Shown in pieces: positions 1 to 12,200 of a DNA stretch of 64,000 nucleotides (its first letter is position 1; each line of letters starts with the position of its first letter). Origin of the DNA: Phoronis australis (lineage: Eukaryota > Animalia > Phoronida). The position numbers and the translations under genes are program-made. The stretch spans positions 144,119 to 208,118 of the forward strand of contig NMRA01000540.1 in NCBI GenBank assembly GCA_002633005.1. Reading direction: 5' to 3'. Below the pieces are notes generated by a model. The model was given only the letters and a program-made list of their open reading frames with translations, had not been told where the DNA came from and made no database searches.

Positions 1-652
1 TTACACTGGTTACGGAGCTCTACACGAATGGGTATTACACTTGTTACAGAGCCTTACATGAATGGTTATTACACTTGTTACAGAGCCCTACATGAATGGT
101 TATTACACTTGTTACGGAGCCCTACATGAATGGCTATTACACTTGTTACGGAGCCTTACATGAATGGCTATTACACTTGTTACGGAGCCCTACATGAATG
201 GCTATTGCACTTGTTACAGAGCCCTACATGAATGGGTATTACACTTGTTACGGAGCTCTACACGAATGGGTATTACACTTGTTACAGAGCCTTACATGAA
301 TGGTTATTACACTTGTTACAGAGCCCTACATGAATGGTTATTACACTTGTTACGGAGCCCTACATGAATGGCTATTACACTTGTTACGGAGCCTTACATG
401 AATGGCTATTACACTTGTTACGGAGCCCTACATGAATGGCTATTGCACTTGTTACGGAGCCCTACATGAATGGGTATTACACTTGTTACAGAGCCCTACA
501 TGAATGGCTATTGCACTTGTTACAGAGCCCTACATGAATGGCTATTAGACTTGTTACAGAGCCCTACATGAATGGCTATTACACTTGTTACAGAGCCATA
601 CATGAATGTCTATTACACTTGTTACAGAGCCCTATATGAGAGCCTATTACAC
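1..652. repeat. 34-bp minisatellite, about 19 copies, continuing off the window start
   Basis: Unit ttacacttgttac(a/g)gagccctacatgaatggcta; a variant unit recurs 238 nt (7 units) apart. Confidence 0.97.
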
Positions 653-863
653 TGGGGGTAATGATCTGCAGCACTATGGCCGATGGATTTGGGATGCTAC
701 GCAAAAGCCCATGACAGGTTACGCACCGTGGAGACATGGTCAAGGACCAACCCAGAGGCGCCACAGCTCTGAGCATGTACATATCTATTGGAAGAAAGAC
801 AACTTCAAGTGGCACGATTCTGTCATCAATGAAAAAGACACCGGCTTTATTTGTGAGAAGTAG
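628..863 (+). CDS. Terminal exon of a C-type lectin-domain gene, antisense and apparently nested in an LRRK2 intron
   Basis: gttacag acceptor; YYTGGND...GRWIW...YAPW...FKWHD...GFICEK* matches the C-terminal half of a CTLD. Confidence 0.8.
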
Positions 864-1327
864 GAATACAATGTCATGCAGTTTCTGATGTTATACAAGT
901 TACCACTGCTTCCCTTTCTTGCAAGAAAAGGTTCTGCAACAGTTGTTAATTTCGCTTATTTCTTCCCAAAACCACTGTAACGTTACCATTTATCTATTCC
1001 TGAACACGCTTGTCAAATTTTGTACAAAAGGTTGCAAAAACAGCTACTGAAAGTTTGATGTCTTTGTTTTTAACCACAAGCAACTGTTTACTGTGACCTT
1101 CTAACCAAAGTGCCACTTGATCACATGACGCTGCACAAGGTCAAACGGGTTATGGAGAGGTGTCTTCGTATCCAACAAACAACCAAAACAAACAGTGTTT
1201 CAAAAGTTTACAAATATCACAATTTTTTAGCATTCTTTGATCTTTGGACATATGGAAATTTGATCTCACGTGACAAACAAAGTGAAGCAGAAAATGTAGA
1301 TCAGACAGTAAGTAGAAGCATTCACAG

Positions 1328-1876
1328 CTTTCACAGACACCCTGTATTGATGCATGGCTATGCTAGCATTATGTCCATTTCACAGACAACCCTGTATTGA
1401 TGCATGGCTATGTTAGCATTAAGTCCATTTCACAGACAACCCTGTATTGGTGCATGGCTATGCTAGCATTATGTCCATTTCACAGACAACCCTGCATTGA
1501 TGCATGGCTATGCTAGCATTATGTCCATTTCACAGACAACCCTGTATTGATGCATGGCTATGTTAGCATTAAGTCCATTTCACAGACAACCCTGTATTGG
1601 TGCATGGCTATGCTAGCATTATGTCCATTTCACAGACAACCCTGCATTGATGCATGGCTATGCTAGCATTATGTCCATTTCACAGACACCCTGTATTGGT
1701 GCATGGCTATTCTAGCATTATGTCCATTTCACAGACAACTCGGCATTGGTGCATGGCTATGCTAGCATTAAGTCCATTTCACAGACACCCTGTATTGGTG
1801 CATGGCTATGCTAGCATTATGTCCATTTCACAGACAACTCTGTATTGGTGCATGGCTATGCTAGCATTATGTCCAA
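1328..1876. repeat. About 50-bp minisatellite, about 11 copies
   Basis: Unit tttcacagacaaccctgtattgatgcatggctatgctagcattatgtcca. Confidence 0.97.
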
Positions 1877-2859
1877 TGCTTTGTAAATGTCGCCAAATTC
1901 GCAGCAGTCCACTTCAGGAATGAAAATTTTAAAGTTATGTAATGGCCTTAGAATAATGTCCCAATCTGGCTAACTATGCAATGATATCACAGAGACAGAG
2001 ATATGATATCACAGAGAGACAGAGATATGATATCACAGACAGACAACTATTCATATGAAACTTTCAGATATCTCAAGCTTCTCCAAAACGATGATAGGAA
2101 TTGTTGTTTCTAACACGTTCTACTTTTCATTGAGAAGCTATAAATTTGCATAAAATGAAAATGTCATTAAGAAAACTGCAGATTTCATTTTGAAAATTTG
2201 TAACAATTTAATCACATTATTGAAATCATTGTGTTGGCATGAATGTGCTTAAATCTTTTTGATTTGCTTAATTTCCCAAAAAGCCATACAAACTGAGAGT
2301 GTATTTTGTAAATATTAGGTTATTTTCATGCAATTATTGATAAGGTCTTACATTTTTCAGGATATTCTATTTATTAACAAAACCTGAAGAATGTCAATTT
2401 TCACATCACTAAAAATATTAAGTATCAGACATATGACATGATAGACTGTTTGGTTTGACATACAAACGTAGGCAAAACAATTTAGTTAAAATTCATCATT
2501 CTTGATTGAAGTTATGGCCAAGCACAAGAGGACAAGAGCAACATGGAGCATTGAAATGTGTCCACGATTGCACTGCAAACGTTGTGCTTCTAGGGGTGTT
2601 TATTAGTATCATAAAATAAAATGGCCATTAGACGGCACAGAATACATTAAAGCCATCCCAAAGAGGGAGGGTGGGAATTAGCAGGCCCAACACTCACATT
2701 AGGGGGTCTGCCAGCAATTTCTGGTACATGCCTGCAGGCGTCTTGCATCTTGTCATGTGAGTGAGCCTCCCCAGGGAAGAACTGACAGATTGGTAGAGAT
2801 TAAGACCCTGCTCGTTTCAACTGATCAAGTCTTGCCTCAAGCAATTACGAAACACCAGA

Positions 2860-2931
2860 TGTCACATGACCAGTTGTCACATGATCAGTTGTCACATGAC
2901 TAGTTATCACATGACCAGTTGTCACATGACC
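2860..2931. repeat. 15-bp tandem repeat (gtcacatgaccagtt), 4-5 copies
   Basis: Directly visible. Confidence 0.9.
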
Positions 2932-2939
2932 AAGAACTA

Positions 2940-3120
2940 TCTCGAATCTGTCAGGAACAAGTCAGTACCAGATTTACAGCTGAGTAAGCGGTCTATATGT
3001 GCGCAGAGCCGAGGAGCTCGAGACCTGATTCAGGAGTCCCACAGTGCACCTAACGGGACTCGAAGCCACAACCTTCAGCAAAGATTATACTGTGATGCAC
3101 ATTCATCCCACTGAGCCCCA
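2940..3120 (-). mobile_element. tRNA-derived SINE head (degenerate)
   Basis: Minus strand has ggctcagtgg (A-box-like) and gcttcgagtccc (B-box-like). Confidence 0.6.
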
Positions 3121-3225
3121 CTACCTCCTCAGTATGCAGTCTAAATTAAACGTTAGTTTTCCAATAGAAGGTGGGTTCATTACTAATTATGATTTTATTG
3201 ATGCACATTTACAACTAGTAGTTAC

Positions 3226-3288
3226 CTGGCTTGCGCAGAAGTTCCATGATGCCATTACGCATTTCACTGATGTGAGATCCACGGGATT
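3226..3288 (-). CDS. LRRK2: LRRK2 ROC exon (ESRGSHISEMRNGIMELLRKP)
   Basis: ttacag/gtaact, phase 1-1; ends just before the expected GFP.I motif. Confidence 0.82.
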
Positions 3289-6200
3289 CTGTAAGAGAAT
3301 ACATGTACAGTGCAAGCCAAGAAAATTACAAACAAATACTTTAGTCATCATCTTCAGTCGTAACTGCCAGACATTTGACAAAGGTGAGCGTACAAACTAT
3401 GCTTTTGCCACCAGTTCTGAATTCACAAAACTGAGTGAGGCAGTTTGTGAAATATAGTTTCAAGAATAATCTTGGTCTTGAAATTCTACACAGGGTTGTC
3501 ATTTTGAAAGAATTGGAATCTCTTTTGCTTGAGAAAAACCTGGTATTGCTGAAAAATATGACTTCCATTACATGTGTCAGTAAGTCGCACTGCATTTTCT
3601 CTACACATGGTCTTTGACGGTCCTCTCACCGAAAAGAGACGATCTTCAATCGTGGCATTTATTAGGAATGTTAGATTGTGAAAAATGTCAACGAAATTTG
3701 TTCCTACAGTTTACAGTAGGCCTAAATTTTGCTTAATATTCAGACCAAAAGTACAATCTAAAGCGTACTCCGTAGTAGGATGACTTTCGGTCTTAGCTTA
3801 GACCAGTTTCGGCCTCAATTTTGATAGTAAGAAATTTCATGAAACATGTTGGTCTTAAGTTAGGCGAACTTCAGTCTAAGTTAAGACAAAAAATGTTCCT
3901 CGAGATCGCCACTGGAATTCCCACTCATGACGTCTACGTAGAAGCTAAATTCATAAGAATGAACAGGAAAGTTAGTGACATGGTTAAACATTTATGCAAT
4001 TTGAATTTTACTGTCCTTACAATTCCCCATTATTTCCAGTCTTTTTTGCTCTTTATGGAATTAGCCCTAGGGATGGGGAAACAGTAGTATTTAAAATTAC
4101 TTTTATTTGTCTTGAATTGTACTGTCTTTTAAGCTTTAAGTCACATGCAGCACCGTTTAATGCGTGTTTTGGGGTGGGATCCATCCTTTGGATTTGGTAA
4201 TACTTGGAGTTACATAAATGTTCCTAAATATAATAACAACAGCAGGATTCGCTGACTGCTTTAGTGGGAAGACTCAGATGGTAACATTAAATGTGCAAGA
4301 CTAAAAAGTGGCAGGCGCAATACAGCCATGCTTTCAAACTGTTCTTACAAACAGCATTTTTGCTAATTTTACATTATACCATAGATGGAATTCTTCATTT
4401 TGTATTTTTTGTGAATTATGGATGATACAAATTACACCATGACCACTATCAGACAGTACATTGAGAAACACTTGGGCGTTCAACTTTGGAAGCTGTTGAA
4501 AAATGAACAAAAACATTGATATATAATTACGAATGACTCATGCTCTTAATTGAAGAATTTTATCAATTTTCAATACCTTTGGGTAACTTGTCTTTGTGTG
4601 TGCCCACAATAATGACTGGGCAATCAGGGGCGCGAGCTTGAATATTGAGCAACCATGGACTGAGCGTATTGATCTCTTCAATGTCTGCCGATACATTGTA
4701 CACAACCTGAAATGAGGGTAACATAGAACTAGCGAATGGGGACAGTTACTGGTGAATGGAGAACATGGGGCTGAAACTGTTATTAAAACGTTCATGTAGA
4801 GATAAATATCTGATGCCTATCTTGATAAAATCTATGTCAAATTGACGAAATTCAAAATGGGCTTGCAATAACGTGTTTACACAATGTTTGCGAAATACAA
4901 AGCAAGGTGGATATTTGTTGATGCCTGGACCCTGAGGTTTGTAAGACCTCACACTACATGCCGGGATACTAAATGGGTGTGCCTTAAAAGTTATCACTGA
5001 CAAAGTGCGTATACAACAGCCTACTGAAAAGAGCCCATGACAAGTTCTCAAGACAAGTGTACTGATAAGCAGCTAATGATTCCTCCGGTAGTCACAAAAC
5101 AATCATACCAACCAACTTACAGATGGACTGCCAGGAACAATTTGTCAAAACAGAGTCTACAACAGTACACCAAAGGGGTCTCTGTAAAAGCTGCTCAAGT
5201 GAAGCAACCGTGACAACTTACCAAATAGAGGGTTCTCGTAGACAGGAAACACTGGTGACTACTATAGAACTGCTCTTGCCCGGCCAAGTCCCACGTGTTC
5301 AGGGTGTATTGCACCATCTTGTCCTGACGGTTACGCCGATGGAACCTAAGACATGGGAGAAAATTACTTGAAGTTAAATTTCCATGACTGAGGCAATCAT
5401 GAAAAAGGCTTAAAAAACTGGAGCATCAAGTTTGGGCAAAATTTAAACCATTTTGGAAAACCTTTCATTGACTTTCTTAGACAAAGATATTGTGAGGAAA
5501 AACATAGAATGCGGTACTTGCTGTGTGTAGCCAAAAATAATAATACTGCAGGTGGTCTGCTATACATTGTACCAATCGTACGCGGGTCGCTGAGGTGGAC
5601 CCCTTGCTGTGATCACTTGGAACCATTTTTATTTCAAACCGAACTGTACAGCTGGAGATCTGACTCAAGGGTCTAACAGTGTACCCCAGAGGGACTCAAA
5701 CCCTCGAGTGAAGGAAGCGACGATCATCCCACTAAGTCACACTGCCCCCTGTCCAACAGATCTTTAATCAATGCCACTGTTTTTCAGAGCTATTACTAAC
5801 ATGAAGTATGACACTTTTCTGTAGCCACATGAAGTCCCTAATAACCGCGCTTATTATTTAGATTCTAATTACACAAACTGACAGCAATTTTGCCAATTGG
5901 CCTGGTCTGGGTAACTCAGTACAGTCAAAAAAGATCTCAGTCACCAGATCACAAATTGCAAAGAAAGGTTTTTGGTTTTTAGCTGGGATTCAAAATAAGC
6001 AAACTAAAGGAAATGATACTGATTAAAAAAATATGTTCAATTTGCTGCCAAGCAGAAGCAGGAGTCAAAGGTCAAAGTTTACCAATGGAATTTCCTACTG
6101 GCCTGGGTTCACTATTTGTACAAGCACTTACTTCCAGTCACTGACAACAATGCCGACAGTTGGTTGGATGATGGTCTGTGACTTTTCTCGTTTCAATGCC

Positions 6201-9200
6201 TGAAGAAGACTAGACTTGCCCCGCTGGCCAAACCCAACGATCATCATCTTCATGCGGTAGTGGGATTCTGCCTGCAACAAAATACATTTCATTCAAAGAA
6301 TACAACACTACAGATATTTTTTGGAAATATGAAAGAAATTTTCTACCATTCAGTTTTACGAAAAAACAGCAAGTTTATGCCAGAAGTACAAAGCATGAGA
6401 CATTCAAGGCAGTGACACTGCCCTTAATGTGAAAAACACAGACATGGTAAGAAGTCTTCACAACCAAACATCAACCATATCAACATGCCACCTATTGGTC
6501 AGTGAAAACCTAACATGAAACTGACTGATTGCTACTCTGTAAGAAAACTCGAGTCCATCCAATCAGACACCAATGACCTCATCATGTGATGAGAAAGACA
6601 ACGGGTAGCTTCAACAGTTGATGAAAACTCCTCTTGCCGAAAGTCGGTGCAATTTCAGACAAATATCTGAGTACTTTTCCCACAATTTCTTTCTGGATTT
6701 TCGCCACGATAAGTTTGCAAATTTTAACAAAAATCACCAGATTTTCTTTCAAAACCACAGCAGAGGCTAAATTGTCAAAGATATCATATTTTACTCAATG
6801 AAGCTGGCCAGTGACAACTGGAAAAAAATCGACTCCGTACAACTATATGTCGTACCCTTTTAAGCCGCTCATGTAAGTAACCAATCAGATCTTTCGTTCT
6901 TCCACGTTGAAGAGCTTCGTCCAAGTCAAGATTTAGTCCGCACAACGGCAACTGGAAAATCCATGAAATTAGAGATTAGATTTTGTGATGAAATGAAGCA
7001 AACATTTAGACAAAATGTAATTCAAGTAGAAAGTAAACATTCAAGGTTTTTTGATAATGCTGCAAAGCACAAACAAATTTCTGGGATAACTTGACAATGT
7101 GTGTACAAACTGCTACAAGCAAAGCATTGTCATTTTGTGCAAAATAGGCAAAGAAATAGCGTACTGCAAATTTCTTAGAAACACCACAAAAACCCAGTAC
7201 CTCCCATAACTTTGATAATCGTCCTAGCTCATCAGGCAGAGTAGTCACATCTGGGTTATAACTGACATCCAATGAGGTGAGACATGTCAGCAATCCAATC
7301 TCTTTGGGAATCTGAAAACACGACAGCCATTAGAATACGCTGGATGCCAAAAATGTTCAAAGATAATGACAAGGAACCGGGATCATAACCCTGTACTCGA
7401 AATTCCTTTCGGCAGTTTTTGTTCTACTTTTGTACGAAATCAAGACATTTGTCCATTGTTCTGTGCATAAGAACAACAATTTTATTGTTTTTTGTAGTTA
7501 TCATTCATGGCTCCCATGTTTGAGTTACAAATTTTAAGACTAGTAAAAATTCCAGGTTCGTAATAAAAACTTGAGATTACTGAACACGTCAAGAACAGTT
7601 CACCTACCTCTTGTAAATTGTTGTGACTTAAAACAAGTCTTTCCAAAGTCAGTGACCACAGTTTAGCACCAGGGGACAGCTTCATCTGCAAGCACACACA
7701 TACCAATGACCAGTCTAAGTGTCACTAAAGAGCTTTATACATCGCACAGCAAAACACCTTCACACGACCTCTGTTGGCAGGAAACCTAACTAACACTCAC
7801 AATACTACGAGTGCCACAACATGTAGAGACACTCAACAATGACTGGGTAGTGTTATCTAATGTGACCACTAGTCAGCTCTGAAGAGACACTCAACAACGA
7901 CTGGGTGGTGTGATGTAATGTGACCATGCATCAGCCCTGAATAGAGACTCAACTACTAACACTAACTTTAATATCTCTGCATACTTGTGAAAACTATGAC
8001 TGACCTTTCCAATGCTCTCTAGTTACTAGTAAATTCACTTTTTGCCTCTGACGTGCACCGTGGATAAACTGTACATCGTCTTCTCAATATTATTGAAAAT
8101 AAATACCTTAGGGAGCTTTTCATGTACTTCAAGGACAAAGTCTTCAATTATTTTCATTGGAAAAAGGTCTTTGTTATTACTAGAAAATGTCACTGAGAAC
8201 TTCATAAGAAAAGATGATATTAAGAAAAAGTAGTACAGCATTTTTGAGTAAACAAAATCATTACTACGCTGAAGAGTTAATAAGGAACTGCTTCATACAA
8301 TTGAGCACAGGTGTGTGCACCCCCTGCTCAGTTGCTTTTCCACCCAACAGAGGAATGTCAAGCACCCCTTACATCTGTCCCTCGGTGGACCCTCCTGGGT
8401 CCGTGACTGAATAATGCTCGAGCCTTTATTGACATCCAAGCTACTCAGCATCATAGTGCTGATGATAACACCATCAGCTCAGGGCATAATACTGACACAT
8501 AGTAGCAAATTTTGCATGCACTTTCCTGAAATTTGAACAAAAAAATTGCCACATTTTTACATTTTTTCAAAAACTCACAGCATTGTTAGCAATGCTCAAA
8601 ATTTCAAAATTCGATTGAAGACAACACAACATGTATCATTATTGTAGGAATTGTGCAAATAATGTAGTTTTCATCCCGTTTAGTTTCACTGAAATATTTT
8701 TTAAAATAAAATTACACTCTGAGTCACCATATAGTGTTCTAAGTTAAGGACACTTTGCCATTGGGTAGCGAGTACTAACCTCCCTATAATCAAAAAGCAG
8801 TCTAGCCTCCAATGGAAAACTAACATCCAAAATGAGGTTTACCCTAAGGTAATTCGTCACAATTTTCTCACAAGAACAATTGTCAAAATGGTCATGATTT
8901 TAGATTTCTGAAAACCTCACTTAATGGAAGATTTAAGTTCAAGTTGTTTTATGACAATTGCAAATTGCTAATAGATTTAAAGTCTCTTAATCTTAATGTT
9001 GTGGAGACATTCGACAAAATAATTAATTTACTTGACTGTCAGTGTACTTCTAATTCATCTAAAAAAATGGCAACTAAAAGTTACGCGCTTGCAACTTCCA
9101 ACTTCCTGACAGCATATTGAGGTTGAGTGGGGATCAAGACATCGGCACCTCAAGGTGACCTCGTTGTGTACTCACCACTGAAATTTTGTTGTGCGATAGC

Positions 9201-12200
9201 AGAAGTTCTTTCAAATAAAGGGTCTTCCACAAGTCGGGCGACGCCAGATGAGATATGCTGTTGTGAGAAAGGTCCAGGATCCGGAGGCTAGAAAATGAAG
9301 ATAATCTCATAGGTGTCAACCTCAACTAGCTAGTCACATCAACTTAATAATTATCCAAATGTCTTGCAGATTTTGCCACCTGGTAACTGTCATCGTTAAT
9401 GTGACACTGATAAACTTTATGTCAAGAATGAGCCATCTATTTTTCAATTTCTGACACCCAGTACCTGACAGGCGAAGCTAGAATTCATCAAATTTCTCAA
9501 GAAAATAATTTCTCAGAAATTTTTGCTTATAATATAGCTTGCTTTTTCACACTCAGTTTGTATGGTTTAGCTGTTACCAGACAATATTCGGTAAACTTTT
9601 GAGCATTTCTAAAGCTAAGCGTACATCAACAAGGCAACTGGCAGATTTCGCACATGTCAGTTTCTAACCACACGTACACCGGTAATTTAGCAATTGCGAG
9701 AAACTAGGCAATCCCAGTATCCCCCAGTCACCTTTGCCCATTCATCGAAAGCGACCGACAGTGACTAAGTTGTAATCATTGAAGAGTGCGCTAGGAGACA
9801 CTTGTACTCACGTGACTTACATAGTACAGACTTGTGAGTAAGACTGTAACTTAGATATTTTCCATCTGTATTCATTTTTATGCAATAAACCAGTTTTATT
9901 TATCCTTAAGATCAAGTTTTCAGTAACTGTCCACATTTCAATGAATCGTTCGCAGAATCGGTCCAAGCCACAGACATCACATTATGATGATGTCTATGGT
10001 CCCAAGCATTTGCCATTTTGTTGTGTTTTGTTAGTGTAAAATTATGTCACGTGACCAACATGGTCGTTAGAAGGTCACCAATAGTTGCAGCGAGGCGTAC
10101 ATCGGGGTACACCGGCGAAACTGAGTGGAACTAGTGGTGAGAAAGCAGAACATGAGCAACTGATGGCAACCGAGCGATCAGCTGTACGCTATCAGTGGTA
10201 AGAAAACGCACATCGGCCAGACTCGCAAACTGATCAGTTTCGGTCAGTTGCTCTAAGTTGTCGGTAACCTGTTTTCAACTGGTTGTGTTTAGTTCTAAGG
10301 CCGATGTACGCAAGGCTTAAGGCTATGAAAAACAGAACAATGTGATTTTTGAGAAGTATGATGTTTGCCACAATCGCCCATATCCCCAAAGTGCAGAATC
10401 AATAAATTGAATTCCATCTTGAATTTCGCGTCACAAGTTTAAGAGAATGTCCCAAACAGAATTTTTATCGAAAGTAGTTCCATATTATGCAATACAGTAA
10501 CTCATTTTAGCCAATCAGAGGACAGAAGTGTCAGTGATTGTTATTGCACACTCCACTCTTACACAGTGATCAAAGCCAAAATGACGAGTGAAGACTACAC
10601 TTACTTTGGCAGGTCCAGAATAAGCTTAGGTATACCACCTGTCTCTCGATCACTAAGGTGGTTGTGACTTAGTTTGACAGAGAACAGGTGAGACAGGTGA
10701 GGAGCGACAGTGGCCACAGGCAAGACTTCTGGAAAACCGAGGCCACAGACAAGTAAATTATCAGGCATTTGAAAATCAAAATCAAGTCAAAAACTGTGAT
10801 ATTTCTAAATTTTAGGTCAAGGTTTCTTGCAATATAGTCAAGGAAACTTACCATGAAAAGAAAAACATTCTCTATGTTTCTGAGACCGAAAATACATCTC
10901 AGATGAATTCAAAACTATTACGCCAATTACTATAACCTCCAATTTCCAACTACGATTTGTTTGCTTCAAAGACCAGAAAAGGTATCAAGATGATAGCAAT
11001 AACAGCAATATTTTAATCTCCAGGGTCCGCAAAAGTCTTTTCACTTGAAAATCAAAGTTGAAAATATTACTTTTGATAGTTCATATTCTACTTAGTGTGA
11101 ACTCAATTGCTTATTACGTTACATATGGGTGAATGGCTACTCCAATTTTGCACTTGATGAACCCAGAATTAAACCAATAAGTTCAAGTCTGAACTCAAAA
11201 CTTTTGATTTTTACTTAAAATGCAGTTTGAACTTATTAGTTTATATTTCTGATCTCGAAGCTATAAAGTGTGAACATGGACTAGACACTACGTAAAAGCA
11301 CAAAATAACAGATACTCCTGCGTTCACATGAAAGTACAATCAATGGGAATAGTCCTGAAATCCGATGCTGGTGTATAATCCTGTAATAAAAAGTTCACAG
11401 CATCACATCTACAGACAATACACATACCTAGCTCATTGTACATGACAAGTAACTCCTCCAAGTTGTGACATGCTGTCAAGAACTCGTCAGGAATCACTCG
11501 CAGATAATTATGGGACAAGTTCAACATCTTCAGTCGTTTCAAGGTCAAAGGCTGTGCTGGCAACTCTCGAATTCTGTTTCTAAAATCGAGAGTCAATCAA
11601 ACATCCTTTGGTTCAATTTTAATTGAAGACTTATGTCATGTGGCTTTCATCACAAGCTACCAGGGTTTTCCGTAGATAAGCCCACCCGATGAAATGCCCA
11701 TGGGCGTTTATTCGGAAAATTATACCAAATACACGCCCATGGGGGTTTATTTGATGTTACAACTTGTGGTGTCAAGTGTCCAGACAGCGTCATGTAGTTT
11801 GGAAACTATCCTCTTAAAAGCCCTCTCAGCGTCAACTTTTTGTCACAAATTCAGTTTTGTGGAGCTTTTATTATTTATAAAAAGGAACAAGGCATTGGCG
11901 AACTATCAACAAAAAAAATAAAAATGTAATTTTAGGTAAAAGAGTGTCACGCCAAGCAAAACTATGACTTTCCGTTTACTGGCACGCCCCCTTTTCCGAA
12001 TAAACACCCAGGTGTTTATTTGGTATTCCAAAAATGCCTGAAAATTTTCATTTTCCAAATACACGTACATGCCTGATTGGGCTTATCTACGGAAATTCCC
12101 GGTATGATTCACAAAGAACATTTAAGTAGAGTCTACAGTCTACTTCAAGAAAAGTCAAAAATGCAGTCTTACACTCCACACAATTGCTTAAGAAAATTAT

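Noticed and set aside
164-367. Repetitive ORFs here and at 1654-1923
   Set aside because: Products of translating 34-bp and 50-bp repeat units.
1-1876. Regular repeats resembling a CRISPR array
   Set aside because: Units are head-to-tail with no unique spacers, there are no cas genes, and the context is eukaryotic; these are minisatellites.
2697-2790. Exon-like segment after the last LRRK2 exon found
   Set aside because: The required phase gives a stop and no ROC/COR similarity is visible in the other frames.
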